Under the pieces are notes generated by a model. That model ran no database searches. It was not told the DNA's origin and was given only the letters and a program-made list of their open reading frames with translations. This document shows positions 16,019 through 24,199 of a stretch of 24,199 nucleotides of DNA, one piece after another. Made by a program: the position numbers and the translations under genes. The DNA is taken from the IMG/VR virus record IMGVR_UViG_3300006120_001133, positions 1 through 24,199 of that record; one strand, given 5' to 3'. Position 1 is the stretch's first letter. Each line of letters opens with the position of its first letter. This stretch comes from a virus (Duplodnaviria; Caudoviricetes).

Positions 16019-16093
16019 TAGGGGCACTTGGATTTGAACCAAGACTCGTTTGCGTATAAGACAAATGCTTTAACCAGATTAAGCTATACCCCC
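16019..16093 (-). tRNA. tRNA-Ile(TAT)
   Basis: TTTGT-CTTATAC-GCAAA arm; acceptor GGGGGTA/TGCCCCT; discriminator A. Confidence 0.85.
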
Positions 16094-16098
16094 AAACT

Positions 16099-16341
16099 TT
16101 AGTTTGAGGATCCTATAAGCTTATTTTGAATAATTTTGTCTCTTTCATCAATTGTTTCATATGCAAATTTTTCAAGAGCTTCTTCATGCTTAGCATAATG
16201 ATGCCCACAAAACATTAGCTCCCCGCTAAAACCTTTAACGAGTACCAGGGCCTGTGAACCGCAAGAATCACAGCGATCTATAACCTTTAGAATATATTCT
16301 TTTTTAATTACATCTGCTGCTTCTTCTATCATTGTATTCAC
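16099..16341 (-). CDS. Small actinobacterial-type Zn-binding protein (start may be ATG 16332)
   Basis: DRCDSCGSQA...GELMFCGHH motif, recalled as conserved in Actinobacteria. Confidence 0.75.
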   Translation of the reverse strand: MNTMIEEAADVIKKEYILKVIDRCDSCGSQALVLVKGFSGELMFCGHHYAKHEEALEKFAYETIDERDKIIQNKLIGSSN

Positions 16342-16376
16342 AATTATACTCTTTCTACTAGTTAGTTAATAATTTG

Positions 16377-16449
16377 CTGGGGTGGTAGGGCTCGAACCTA
16401 CGACATTCCGATTAACAGTCGAACGCTCTGCCAGCTGAGCTACACCCCA
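16377..16449 (-). tRNA. tRNA-Asn(GTT)
   Basis: TTCGA-CTGTTAA-TCGGA arm; T1-A72; discriminator G. Confidence 0.95.
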
Positions 16450-16457
16450 TCATTTGA

Positions 16458-16745
16458 TTATTCTACAATACCAAATGGGTTTTTGTCAATCATTCTTAAT
16501 AAATCTTCTGGCCCCTCAATCATTCTGCGTTGTGCTTCAAATTTTCCAAATTCTAACATTTCTTGTGTAATGCTAAACATTAAATCAACCATACCTTGGA
16601 CATAATTTTTTGAATTTTTATCAACTGTTTCTGCTTCTCTTTTCATCTGAATACTTGCTTGTGTAAAATAATCACAAAGTTGTGTTAAGGATACATAAAT
16701 ATCTGCATCATCTTCAATTGTTTTAAGTGTTCCGTTTGCTATCAT
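16458..16745 (-). CDS. Hypothetical protein, probably leaderless
   Basis: TGATAGAAT-N6-ATG. Confidence 0.75.
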   Translation of the reverse strand: MIANGTLKTIEDDADIYVSLTQLCDYFTQASIQMKREAETVDKNSKNYVQGMVDLMFSITQEMLEFGKFEAQRRMIEGPEDLLRMIDKNPFGIVE

Positions 16746-16757
16746 GTGTGTATTCTA

Positions 16758-18611
16758 TCAGAGTATTCTCATGCTGTCAATAGCAAATTCTGCATCATCT
16801 GGATCTTCATCTATTCCCATGAATTCCCGCAAATTATCTGGCATTTGTGGTTTATCTGGTAATCTAATAGTTTTATTAGACTTAAGCCTTGCATCTGATT
16901 CTTCACGCAACTTTTCCATTTCTGATTGAAAAACTGTTCCATATGTATAAAGTTGAACTTCTTGATTTAAATCCCTAGGTGTCAGTGCGGTAGCATTGTA
17001 TATTGCCCCGCAAACGGCATCAGAAAGGTCTTTAGAGCCTTTTCTAGGGTGGTCTACCTTATCCTTTATGATTCTTAGCTGAAGAAGCTCATCAATCAAT
17101 AATTGTATGTTTGGCCCATACACTCTTTCTTCAGTTATGCATAAAGACATGTCTTCATAATGCTTTTTAGCAACAGAAAGAAGCTCGGTATTTATCCCAT
17201 AAGCTTTTAATTGCATCATTAAATCATGAGAGTTCCATCGGTCAAATGTTACCATTTTAAGATTAAACCCACGTTCTTTAAGACTAATTATATAGTCTTT
17301 TACTTCTTCAAAATTAACAGATTTTTCTTTTGTTGGCGTCCAATACCTTACGGCATCTACAATAATTTTTGGTGCTGCTTCTTTATAATTGTCACCAATT
17401 TTCATAGTTACCCAGCCATCTACGTGAGATAAAGCTACGGCACAATGGTCATGTTTTTGTGCTAAATCTACATGTATAAAATATTGAGTATCTTCCCTAG
17501 GGTTAAAGTAATCATCAAATCTTCCATCTTTATCCACACCCAATCTTGGGTTTGAAAATGCTTTTTCAATTAATGGCCTTGATCTAAAAAAAGCATCTAC
17601 CGCATCTGGGGGCATACATGCAAAACGTGACAATGCATCAATTGGATCAGTATAAAAATCAATTGTAAAATCTTCAATTTTTCTTGTTGGATTAATATCC
17701 CAAGTTGGTCTTCTAAGGGCATATACCCTAGGTACTTTATAAGATATTATGTGGTCTTCTTCCCACTCAAGATCAAATTCATTTCCAACTGTTCCATCTG
17801 GAAGATCTGGATCTACTTTAAATGAATGATTTCTAATCACAACTTCTTTTTCAGCTACAACTTCTTCATATCTTTGCTGTATATAGTCCATCTTAAAACG
17901 TGGGAATGAAAGCAAAACAAGCTTTCCAAAGTCTGGAAAACGAGAATTGACTGATGCACGATACATTTTATAAATAGCCGAAGCAGTTTTTGCCTGTTCA
18001 TTACCGCTTGTTGATTCAAGATCAAAACCTGAAATTTCATCAAGAATAACAACAAGAACGTTATATCCTTCCCAAGACTCTCTTTGAGAGTGTCCAGAGT
18101 GAACTGTTATCTCGTGATCAAATTCAATGCTGTTTGCTTTTGATATATATTTGCCTTGAAACCAAGGTGATTTTTCGATACGTTGATTAAAGCCTTTAAA
18201 AAATACTCGGTTTGCTTGAACAGCGTTAATAGCAATGTTAATAATATCAATGGCGTCACCTGGTGGCTTACCATAATATACGGCTGGATCAGACAAACAT
18301 AATAATAAATGCACTATATATGCACAAGCAATAGTTGATGTGTAGTCTTTGCCAGAACCTTTTCCAAGCTGTAAGATAACTTCATTACAGGTTTGCTTCC
18401 AAATTTTTTCACCTTCATCAAAACCATACAAGTTATGTAGGGTTTCTCTTTTATAAATTTGAGTAGAGGCACGTATCATCGTGTATTGATATTCTGATAA
18501 AGGTGGCAAACCAAGGTAGTCTTTGCTGGTCACAAATTCTTCTAAAGGAGCTGGTCTTTCTGAAAACTCATCTCCTTCTAAAGCATCAAGAAAATCTGTA
18601 AAATCAGCCAT
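16758..18611 (-). CDS. terL: Terminase large subunit
   Basis: Walker A LGKGSGKD, Walker B VVILDE, coupling motif LLSFP, nuclease motifs HVDLA, TFDRW and DHP...SKDLSDA. Confidence 0.92.
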   Translation of the reverse strand: MADFTDFLDALEGDEFSERPAPLEEFVTSKDYLGLPPLSEYQYTMIRASTQIYKRETLHNLYGFDEGEKIWKQTCNEVILQLGKGSGKDYTSTIACAYIVHLLLCLSDPAVYYGKPPGDAIDIINIAINAVQANRVFFKGFNQRIEKSPWFQGKYISKANSIEFDHEITVHSGHSQRESWEGYNVLVVILDEISGFDLESTSGNEQAKTASAIYKMYRASVNSRFPDFGKLVLLSFPRFKMDYIQQRYEEVVAEKEVVIRNHSFKVDPDLPDGTVGNEFDLEWEEDHIISYKVPRVYALRRPTWDINPTRKIEDFTIDFYTDPIDALSRFACMPPDAVDAFFRSRPLIEKAFSNPRLGVDKDGRFDDYFNPREDTQYFIHVDLAQKHDHCAVALSHVDGWVTMKIGDNYKEAAPKIIVDAVRYWTPTKEKSVNFEEVKDYIISLKERGFNLKMVTFDRWNSHDLMMQLKAYGINTELLSVAKKHYEDMSLCITEERVYGPNIQLLIDELLQLRIIKDKVDHPRKGSKDLSDAVCGAIYNATALTPRDLNQEVQLYTYGTVFQSEMEKLREESDARLKSNKTIRLPDKPQMPDNLREFMGIDEDPDDAEFAIDSMRIL

Positions 18612-19131
18612 CTATTTGAACAGCCTCAACTTGACCAGTCACTTGAGACAATCTTTTTGAAACTTCCCATTTACACTTATCGCAACCAGCAGTTACTTCT
18701 TTTAAAATACCCACTAAAATGTCTTGTTTTCTTTCAGATTCTAGTATTTGATCAGCCATTGAATTATTTTCAAGGACACCAGCTTTGCTTAACATATCAA
18801 TTCTTTTTGCTTCAATATCAGCAATAAGTTTTAAAGTTTGTGCCTTTACATTAAGTGCATCTTGTTGGTCTGCTTGATTTACTGTATTCCATGCTTCTTT
18901 AATTAACATATTGTAGTGTTCATCTGCACCCATTAAAGCTTCTTTAGCACGATCTTTTATTATATTATTATCGTGAATAAAACCTTTCCAGGCATCAATA
19001 TAGTTGTCAACTTGCACACGTGTTAAACTTAAATTTCTAGCAATAGCTGCTGGGCCATTTCCCTTTAAGTATTCTTCTACAACCAAATTCATTTGGTCAA
19101 ATTTTCCTGATAACTCTAATTCATTATCCAT
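18604..19131 (-). CDS. Probable terminase small subunit (N-terminal HTH plus helical body); likely start 19131
   Basis: Lies immediately upstream of and overlapping terL; PAAIARNLSLTRVQV is HTH-like. Confidence 0.6.
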   Translation of the reverse strand: MDNELELSGKFDQMNLVVEEYLKGNGPAAIARNLSLTRVQVDNYIDAWKGFIHDNNIIKDRAKEALMGADEHYNMLIKEAWNTVNQADQQDALNVKAQTLKLIADIEAKRIDMLSKAGVLENNSMADQILESERKQDILVGILKEVTAGCDKCKWEVSKRLSQVTGQVEAVQIDG

Positions 19132-19309
19132 TGTCTGTTTTATAAAATCCTGATCCCTTAAATTGAATCCCAAAAGGTGTGTAATATCTTACCATTATTG
19201 ATTCACATTCTTCACATTTGTAAGAACCCTCTTCATCTGTAATTGAGCGGGTAACTTCAAGAATTGCATGATCTTCATCGTCTACGCATCTATATACATA
19301 TGTTGGCAT
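19124..19309 (-). CDS. FmdB-family zinc-ribbon protein
   Basis: MPTYVYRC...CEEC...FKGSGFYKTD. Confidence 0.88.
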   Translation of the reverse strand: MPTYVYRCVDDEDHAILEVTRSITDEEGSYKCEECESIMVRYYTPFGIQFKGSGFYKTDNG

Positions 19310-19315
19310 ATTTAA

Positions 19316-19657
19316 TTATACTCCATTATTACTACTTTTGTCAACAGCAATTTTAAGTAAGATTAAATAACCAATCAAATCATCAATATCATTATCTCCA
19401 GCAAAGCCTTGATTATTTTTAACACGATTTAGTTTATCGTCAATTCTAACCTTTAGTTGCTCAACATTATCAGATTGAGCAAATATTCTATTTGGAGACA
19501 GGGCCGAATCACCATATGATATATTTTTTTCTATAAGAAGTTGTGCTATTTCGTGGCATGCATCCCAAATTCTACGCCCAGATGGGGCGGTTGTTGAATG
19601 CAAATAAAGATCATCACACTTAAAGCTCTTTGAATCTTCATATACTGGTTTTAACAT
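19316..19657 (-). CDS. DUF1599/Nmad1-like alpha-helical nucleotide-modification-associated protein
   Basis: EKNISYGDS...RIDDKLNR...DLIGYLIL. Confidence 0.65.
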   Translation of the reverse strand: MLKPVYEDSKSFKCDDLYLHSTTAPSGRRIWDACHEIAQLLIEKNISYGDSALSPNRIFAQSDNVEQLKVRIDDKLNRVKNNQGFAGDNDIDDLIGYLILLKIAVDKSSNNGV

Positions 19658-19830
19658 TATTTAGTCCACTTTCTAGGTTTCTTAATTAATTCAAATCTTT
19701 CTAGGGCCCGCTGAATTGTCATATGAGAGCATTTAGCTTCCATAGCCATGTCAAGAACGCTTTTCTTTTCTGTAACATATCTTTTAACTACCCAGTCTTT
19801 GTTTTCCCAAAGCTTTGTACTTTTAGCCAT
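19657..19830 (-). CDS. 57-aa HTH DNA-binding protein (not in the ORF track)
   Basis: MAKSTKLWENKDWVVKRYVTEKKSVLDMAMEAKCSHMTIQRALERFELIKKPRKWTK; strong RBS AAGGAGG; TAATG coupling. Confidence 0.8.
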   Translation of the reverse strand: MAKSTKLWENKDWVVKRYVTEKKSVLDMAMEAKCSHMTIQRALERFELIKKPRKWTK

Positions 19831-19839
19831 TATACCTCC

Positions 19840-20397
19840 TTACACAATTTCATTTACCGCATACCATGCTATCCCCGCAGCATCAGAGACATTATCACTT
19901 TGAACTTCAATGCCAAGCGTTCTAGCAAAATCCAATGTTCTTTGTTTTCTAATTTCTCGGATTTTTCCTTTATACCAGTTATCTGATTTTTCTGGAAATT
20001 CATCCCTCACCGCCTGCTTTTCATTTTTTGTAAAATTCTTATTACCTATATACGATTGCCAAGTAATCGGATGAACTTCAACTACTTCAACTCCATCAGT
20101 AAGCAACTCTCCCATTATAGCACCAAATACATATGCCATCTTAATTCCTGTATGCACTGATTTTACAGAAATCGCTGCCTCTATTACAACAAAATCAAAA
20201 TTTAATTCATTTTTAAAAGATTTAATTTTACGTTTTGCATCAAGTATTCTTTGATAAACATCGTTTCCTTCAAAATTTATTTCTCCCCAACGTACAGCTT
20301 TTTTGCCATCCATTAAACAAAATGCAAAGCTATTTGTACTTGCATCAATGCCAAGTACACGAGAACCCCTTAAATCAACCAATTTAGCTAGAGACAT
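19840..20397 (-). CDS. ruvC: RuvC-like Holliday junction resolvase
   Basis: VLGIDAS, VVIE and DNVSDAAGIA acidic tetrad. Confidence 0.85.
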   Translation of the reverse strand: MSLAKLVDLRGSRVLGIDASTNSFAFCLMDGKKAVRWGEINFEGNDVYQRILDAKRKIKSFKNELNFDFVVIEAAISVKSVHTGIKMAYVFGAIMGELLTDGVEVVEVHPITWQSYIGNKNFTKNEKQAVRDEFPEKSDNWYKGKIREIRKQRTLDFARTLGIEVQSDNVSDAAGIAWYAVNEIV

Positions 20398-20671
20398 CTT
20401 TTATCATTTCTAACAAATCTTTTTTTTCTTTTGTTTTTTGACTACTCTTACATTTTTCACATGTATTTGTATCATTATACCTGCTTAAAATAGCATTACA
20501 CCCTTTAGACTTACAAACTCTTTTTTTACCTGCAAGACGAGCTTTTTTGTCATAATAAGCTTCTTTTAATTTTTCATTTGTTGCTATTCTGCAACACTCA
20601 TCTGAACAATATTTTTGATTATGTGTTTTAGGCTCAAATTTATTTTCACAATTACTATATGCACATATCAT
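20384..20671 (-). CDS. Cys-rich Zn-finger protein
   Basis: CAYSNC...YCSDEC...CKSKGC...CEKC. Confidence 0.75.
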   Translation of the reverse strand: MICAYSNCENKFEPKTHNQKYCSDECCRIATNEKLKEAYYDKKARLAGKKRVCKSKGCNAILSRYNDTNTCEKCKSSQKTKEKKDLLEMIKDVSS

Positions 20672-21393
20672 ATATTTTCCACAACTGTTTCTTCAATAAA
20701 ATACCAAACATTATCATTTTTAAACAATGGAGATTTTGTTTCATCAAAAATTTTTTCATCGCAATGTATTCCATTAATTCCTATATGATTTGATCTGGAT
20801 GCCATCGGATTAATATTTTTTAAACCATTTGATGGCATAATTCTTAAGTTTAAATGCCAATCCCAACCACATTTTTCAGTATCTGAAGAATAATCTTTGT
20901 CCCAATTATCTCTAAAATAATTTATCCAATATTTTTTCCATGTTCCCCAAACCAAACCATTAAAGCCTTGTTGTCTTACAACTTTTGATGGATCTTCTAC
21001 TGACAATTTAGTATTTGCAGATATTATTGCAACTTCATCATCATCTCTAAACATGGGCTCTGTCGAGTCAAAATATTCAACAATATCTTTTGAAACTACT
21101 ATGTCATCTTCTGCTAAAATAACAAAATCATATTTATTGAATAAGTATTCAAATGATTCCCAAGTATTAAATCCGTTTCCAATTATACTTTTATTTAATA
21201 ATTTATGTGAAATACATTCACGATGATTATCAAAATTATCTATGACATCAAAAATGCCTTGTTGATGATCGCTTGGCTCTATTTTAAAATAAATATCATA
21301 ATTGTTTATATTGCGAACTTGTTCCCAACTATCCAATGTTTCTTTTAAATATTGCACTCTATCAAATACTGTAAAAACTATTGCTTTTTTCAT
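20668..21393 (-). CDS. GT-A glycosyltransferase, GnT-I (GT13)-like
   Basis: FDRVQYLKETLDS, ILAEDD, WGTW, WDW, PMASRSNHIG. Confidence 0.8.
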   Translation of the reverse strand: MKKAIVFTVFDRVQYLKETLDSWEQVRNINNYDIYFKIEPSDHQQGIFDVIDNFDNHRECISHKLLNKSIIGNGFNTWESFEYLFNKYDFVILAEDDIVVSKDIVEYFDSTEPMFRDDDEVAIISANTKLSVEDPSKVVRQQGFNGLVWGTWKKYWINYFRDNWDKDYSSDTEKCGWDWHLNLRIMPSNGLKNINPMASRSNHIGINGIHCDEKIFDETKSPLFKNDNVWYFIEETVVENI

Positions 21394-22172
21394 TTTTCTA
21401 GCACCAGTGCTTCTATATCTACTTCACCAAGATCTTTTTTGTCTTCCCAACAAGTCTTTTTTACTGGACATCCTTTACATGCCCAAGTTGATTTTGTAAA
21501 CTTTCTTTCTGGGAGAGTGCCCGCTTCATATGCAGCGTATACTTTTCTCATCCAATCCCATACACCATCCACTAACTTTTTATTTTTTTCATCCATATTA
21601 ATTGGAATAATCAAAAATGAATTATCATTTTTATTTTCATAAAAGAAAAATCCTTGTTCTGCCCCACGTATTTTCATATATGTTAAAAGCTGAACTTTGT
21701 GATATGGTAGCCCTTGCATTTCAGCTTGACGAATATCAAAAATCTCCTGTTTAGCAGATTTAATTTCGCCAACTACTTCTTTTCCATTCCATTCAATAAA
21801 AGTATCTGCAAACCCTCTAATTGGAGGATCATCGTTGGTAACTTCTGTTTCATTTGCTTTGAAAACTGGAGTTTTAGCCATGTTTTTCTGTATGCGATCA
21901 TGAACATACGTGCCATTATCCATATTAACGACACCCATAGAATCGGTTTCATTTTCAAATTCAGCACCAGTAAAAGCAATGAACCAATATCTAGGGCAGT
22001 TACCATTACCGTAACCAATAGAACTAGGGCTAAAAGTTTTCTTTTGCGTAAACTCATTTGGTCTTTTTCCACTTAATACCGCCTCTTCATACATACGTGC
22101 AAACTCCATGGCATTAAAACCATCTTCTGCAGGTTTTTGAAATTTTAAATTAGCAATTAGATCTCTACCCAT
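21390..22172 (-). CDS. Cas4-like PD-(D/E)XK exonuclease
   Basis: CPR, GTYVH, GFAD, EIKS, QLLTY and C-terminal CKGCPVKKTC (four-Cys Fe-S pattern). Confidence 0.88.
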   Translation of the reverse strand: MGRDLIANLKFQKPAEDGFNAMEFARMYEEAVLSGKRPNEFTQKKTFSPSSIGYGNGNCPRYWFIAFTGAEFENETDSMGVVNMDNGTYVHDRIQKNMAKTPVFKANETEVTNDDPPIRGFADTFIEWNGKEVVGEIKSAKQEIFDIRQAEMQGLPYHKVQLLTYMKIRGAEQGFFFYENKNDNSFLIIPINMDEKNKKLVDGVWDWMRKVYAAYEAGTLPERKFTKSTWACKGCPVKKTCWEDKKDLGEVDIEALVLEK

Positions 22173-22299
22173 TGTTAGTCCTAAATGGCATTTTTAAATG
22201 CATGCCACAACCAGAACACTTTGTATATGTCATCATGGTAAAAGGGCATTCTAGTTTTTCTGCTTTATGCTTATGAAACAAAAATTTAAATATATTCAT
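22165..22299 (-). CDS. 44-aa putative Zn-binding protein (not in the ORF track)
   Basis: MNIFKFLFHKHKAEKLECPFTMMTYTKCSGCGMHLKMPFRTNNG; overlaps both neighbours. Confidence 0.65.
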   Translation of the reverse strand: MNIFKFLFHKHKAEKLECPFTMMTYTKCSGCGMHLKMPFRTNNG

Positions 22300-22634
22300 T
22301 ACGCTCCATATCTTGCTGAATATTTAAGTGCATCTACTAATCTATTAATTGCTTCTTCAGCTGTATAGTATACATTTTTTTTCTTTGCATTTTCCCCACC
22401 TTTTTCAAAAGTGGTGTAATACCTAGATAGGACTGCAAATTTAGCACTTAAAGCCTGCATTTTTACTATGAGATCGGGTGCTTTAGATGAAGGAACATCA
22501 GGTTTTGCAATTAATTTAATAATAAGATCAAGTGCAAAATCTAAATCTTTATCATTCATAAATTCTTTAAGATCATTAAACTCTGTAAGATCATTTATTA
22601 AATCAATTGTTGCTTTTTCTGTCATTTTAAACAC
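22299..22634 (-). CDS. Helical hypothetical protein in the recombination block
   Basis: ORF overlapping its neighbours. Confidence 0.75.
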   Translation of the reverse strand: MFKMTEKATIDLINDLTEFNDLKEFMNDKDLDFALDLIIKLIAKPDVPSSKAPDLIVKMQALSAKFAVLSRYYTTFEKGGENAKKKNVYYTAEEAINRLVDALKYSARYGA

Positions 22635-23226
22635 CTATCTCCGTTGCAACCAAATCTCCCCACCTTGCCATTCGTACCAAAACTCTTGATTTTAATAGGT
22701 CAGATTCTATGTCTGGATGTTTCCACGAATGTATAGGCGTTTCATTTGCAATTTTTATTGCTTCTTCTTCATTATTTGCATGGACTTTAATTTTATATGT
22801 ATCCTTTATAGTACAAACAACTTCGTAAGATTTACTACCACTACCTACAAATTGTTCTTGAAAATTAATTCCATAAATTACTGAAATTACATTGTTTTCA
22901 TTAAATTTAAAACCTATATCTGTTTTTGCAATCAATAACTCTCCTGCATTTAAAGGTATACTTAAATTTAATAAATTTATAAATACAGATGTATTACTTT
23001 TTGCAAATAATATTTGAATTCCATTTTCAAAATTTCCAATTACCACATTTTGATTATTATAATTTTTTGAACCGTATCCAAACTTACTTTGTGCTACTCC
23101 GTAACAAATATCAATTACATCTTGTGTTTGTAATTTTTGATAATCTTCTTTAAAAACTAATCCTTCTGGCATTATGTAAATTTCATTCTCAACTAAAACT
23201 TGCATTAAATCTTTATCAATACTCAC
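22627..23226 (-). CDS. Hypothetical protein
   Basis: ORF; C-terminal YEVV...IKVHANNEEEAIKIA resembles a small DpnD/PcfM-like domain. Confidence 0.65.
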   Translation of the reverse strand: MSIDKDLMQVLVENEIYIMPEGLVFKEDYQKLQTQDVIDICYGVAQSKFGYGSKNYNNQNVVIGNFENGIQILFAKSNTSVFINLLNLSIPLNAGELLIAKTDIGFKFNENNVISVIYGINFQEQFVGSGSKSYEVVCTIKDTYKIKVHANNEEEAIKIANETPIHSWKHPDIESDLLKSRVLVRMARWGDLVATEIGV

Positions 23227-23405
23227 TCTAATATCCTAACTACAAATTGACAAGGGTCTCCGCCTTCTTCCCATTCTTTTTCTTCTTCTTCGCTTAAAGA
23301 AGGTATTCCATCATGAGTGGCACAAAACATATCGGTTATCCAACCATTTGCTACACCATTTTCAAACCAAATATTAAACTCATCAATATTTGACTCATCA
23401 ATCAT
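23223..23405 (-). CDS. Acidic hypothetical protein
   Basis: ORF with CATHDG...DPC motif. Confidence 0.7.
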   Translation of the reverse strand: MIDESNIDEFNIWFENGVANGWITDMFCATHDGIPSLSEEEEKEWEEGGDPCQFVVRILE

Positions 23406-23706
23406 TATTTTTCTCCCAACATTCTACTATTTGCTCAAACAATGCCCATTCTATAACAGCGAGTCTAGTTTTTTGACCCTCTCCTCCAAGGATAAGTTTA
23501 AGAACTGGGTATTTATCCCTAGAAACCTTAAACGTATCTGTGCAAATTTTAGCCCAAATTTCCTTATTAATGGATATTGACTTTGCATACTCTTTATAAT
23601 CAACCACAAAATCATTCCAGATCGCATCACCTTTTTGATAATCCCCCCGCCCAGAATTTTTTTGAGCTTTTGCTCCATCACGCTTTACCTCTCCACGCTC
23701 TGACAT
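23398..23706 (-). CDS. Hjc-like PD-(D/E)XK nuclease, putative Holliday junction resolvase
   Basis: SER...NSGRG...KGD...VVDYK motif order. Confidence 0.65.
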   Translation of the reverse strand: MSERGEVKRDGAKAQKNSGRGDYQKGDAIWNDFVVDYKEYAKSISINKEIWAKICTDTFKVSRDKYPVLKLILGGEGQKTRLAVIEWALFEQIVECWEKNND

Positions 23707-23897
23707 TATAATTGCACACTACAATCATGACCATTAGAACAAGTCCATTTTATTTTATTATGAAAACGATCATAAAATGCTTCATATGTTAAGAGATTGC
23801 ATTCTGAGTTTTGACAAGAAAAGCTTCCATCAACAATATCTAGCTCTTCTATAATTTCTTTATCTTTTTTGTTTAAAAAATCATCAAGACTTGGCAT
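23706..23897 (-). CDS. Small zinc-ribbon protein
   Basis: CQNSEC...WTCSNGH. Confidence 0.7.
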   Translation of the reverse strand: MPSLDDFLNKKDKEIIEELDIVDGSFSCQNSECNLLTYEAFYDRFHNKIKWTCSNGHDCSVQL

Positions 23898-24199
23898 AAA
23901 TTTTATCCTGTAAATCTTTTACTATATCTAAATTAATTCGCAGGTACTCTACGGCCTTGGCACGACCTTGAAAACGCTCACCCTCAATTGTATACCAAGC
24001 TCCGCCTTTTTGAACAATGCCCATCATTTCTGCAGCATCAAGAACTTCTCCAATTGAATCTACGCCAAGTGAATTACCCTGGTAGTAAAAGTCATATTGT
24101 CCTGAGAGATTTGGCGGTCCGAGTTTATTGTAATCAATAATCCAATTGACGGGTCTTCCGACTCTTTGTTCAATGATTTTATCGCCCACTTGAATACCA
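23884..24199 (-). CDS. recA: RecA-like recombinase, C-terminal part (starts beyond the window)
   Basis: NKLGPP, GVDSIGEVLDAAEMMGIVQKGGAWY...FQGR match the RecA C-terminal domain; frame open to the window edge. Confidence 0.88.
   Translation of the reverse strand, partial: GIQVGDKIIEQRVGRPVNWIIDYNKLGPPNLSGQYDFYYQGNSLGVDSIGEVLDAAEMMGIVQKGGAWYTIEGERFQGRAKAVEYLRINLDIVKDLQDKIYAKS

Noticed and set aside
16758-18611. Intein or intron in terL
   Set aside because: The ORF is continuous with ATPase and nuclease motifs at normal spacing, and no intein splice-junction signature was seen
21390-22172. CRISPR-Cas system
   Set aside because: The Cas4-like nuclease is solo; no repeat-spacer array or other cas genes are visible, and such nucleases are common in phages
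813-23580. All other plus-strand ORFs and nested out-of-frame minus-strand ORFs (e.g. 13457..13798, 14698..14931, 17855..18055, 21773..22072)
   Set aside because: They overlap motif-supported minus-strand genes and show no recognisable motifs
1-24199. Stop-codon reassignment
   Set aside because: Genes tile densely under the standard bacterial code, all three stop codons end genes, and no suppressor tRNA is present

Overview
This is a fragment of a large, AT-rich tailed-phage genome with essentially all genes on the minus strand. An actinobacterial host is inferred from WhiB, an actinobacterial-type Zn-finger protein, apparently leaderless genes and a short-arm tRNA-Leu(UAA); a low-GC freshwater lineage is plausible but unproven. 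In transcription order (right to left) the window holds: a recombination block (RecA C-terminus, Hjc-like nuclease, Cas4-like exonuclease, RuvC-like resolvase, with a GT-A glycosyltransferase inserted); terminase small and large subunits; eight tRNAs in four loci; an accessory modification cluster (small basic peptide, SGNH-like proteins, carbamoyltransferase, Gnt1-like GlcNAc transferase, two prolyl-hydroxylase-like 2OG-Fe(II) oxygenases); Dps, a secreted subtilase, a methyltransferase and a JmjC cupin; a GroES/WhiB/thioredoxin/HslV-like module; an RsmI-like methylase; and a secreted protein cut by the left edge. The strongest leads are a candidate phage-encoded hydroxyproline O-glycosylation and tailoring pathway, an unidentified structured RNA of about 108 nt with its own promoter upstream of tRNA-Thr, a tRNA-Ile(UAU), and proteins with recurrent hydrophobic-x-K-[S/A] motifs. 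All family calls come from motif recognition by eye, not from database searches.
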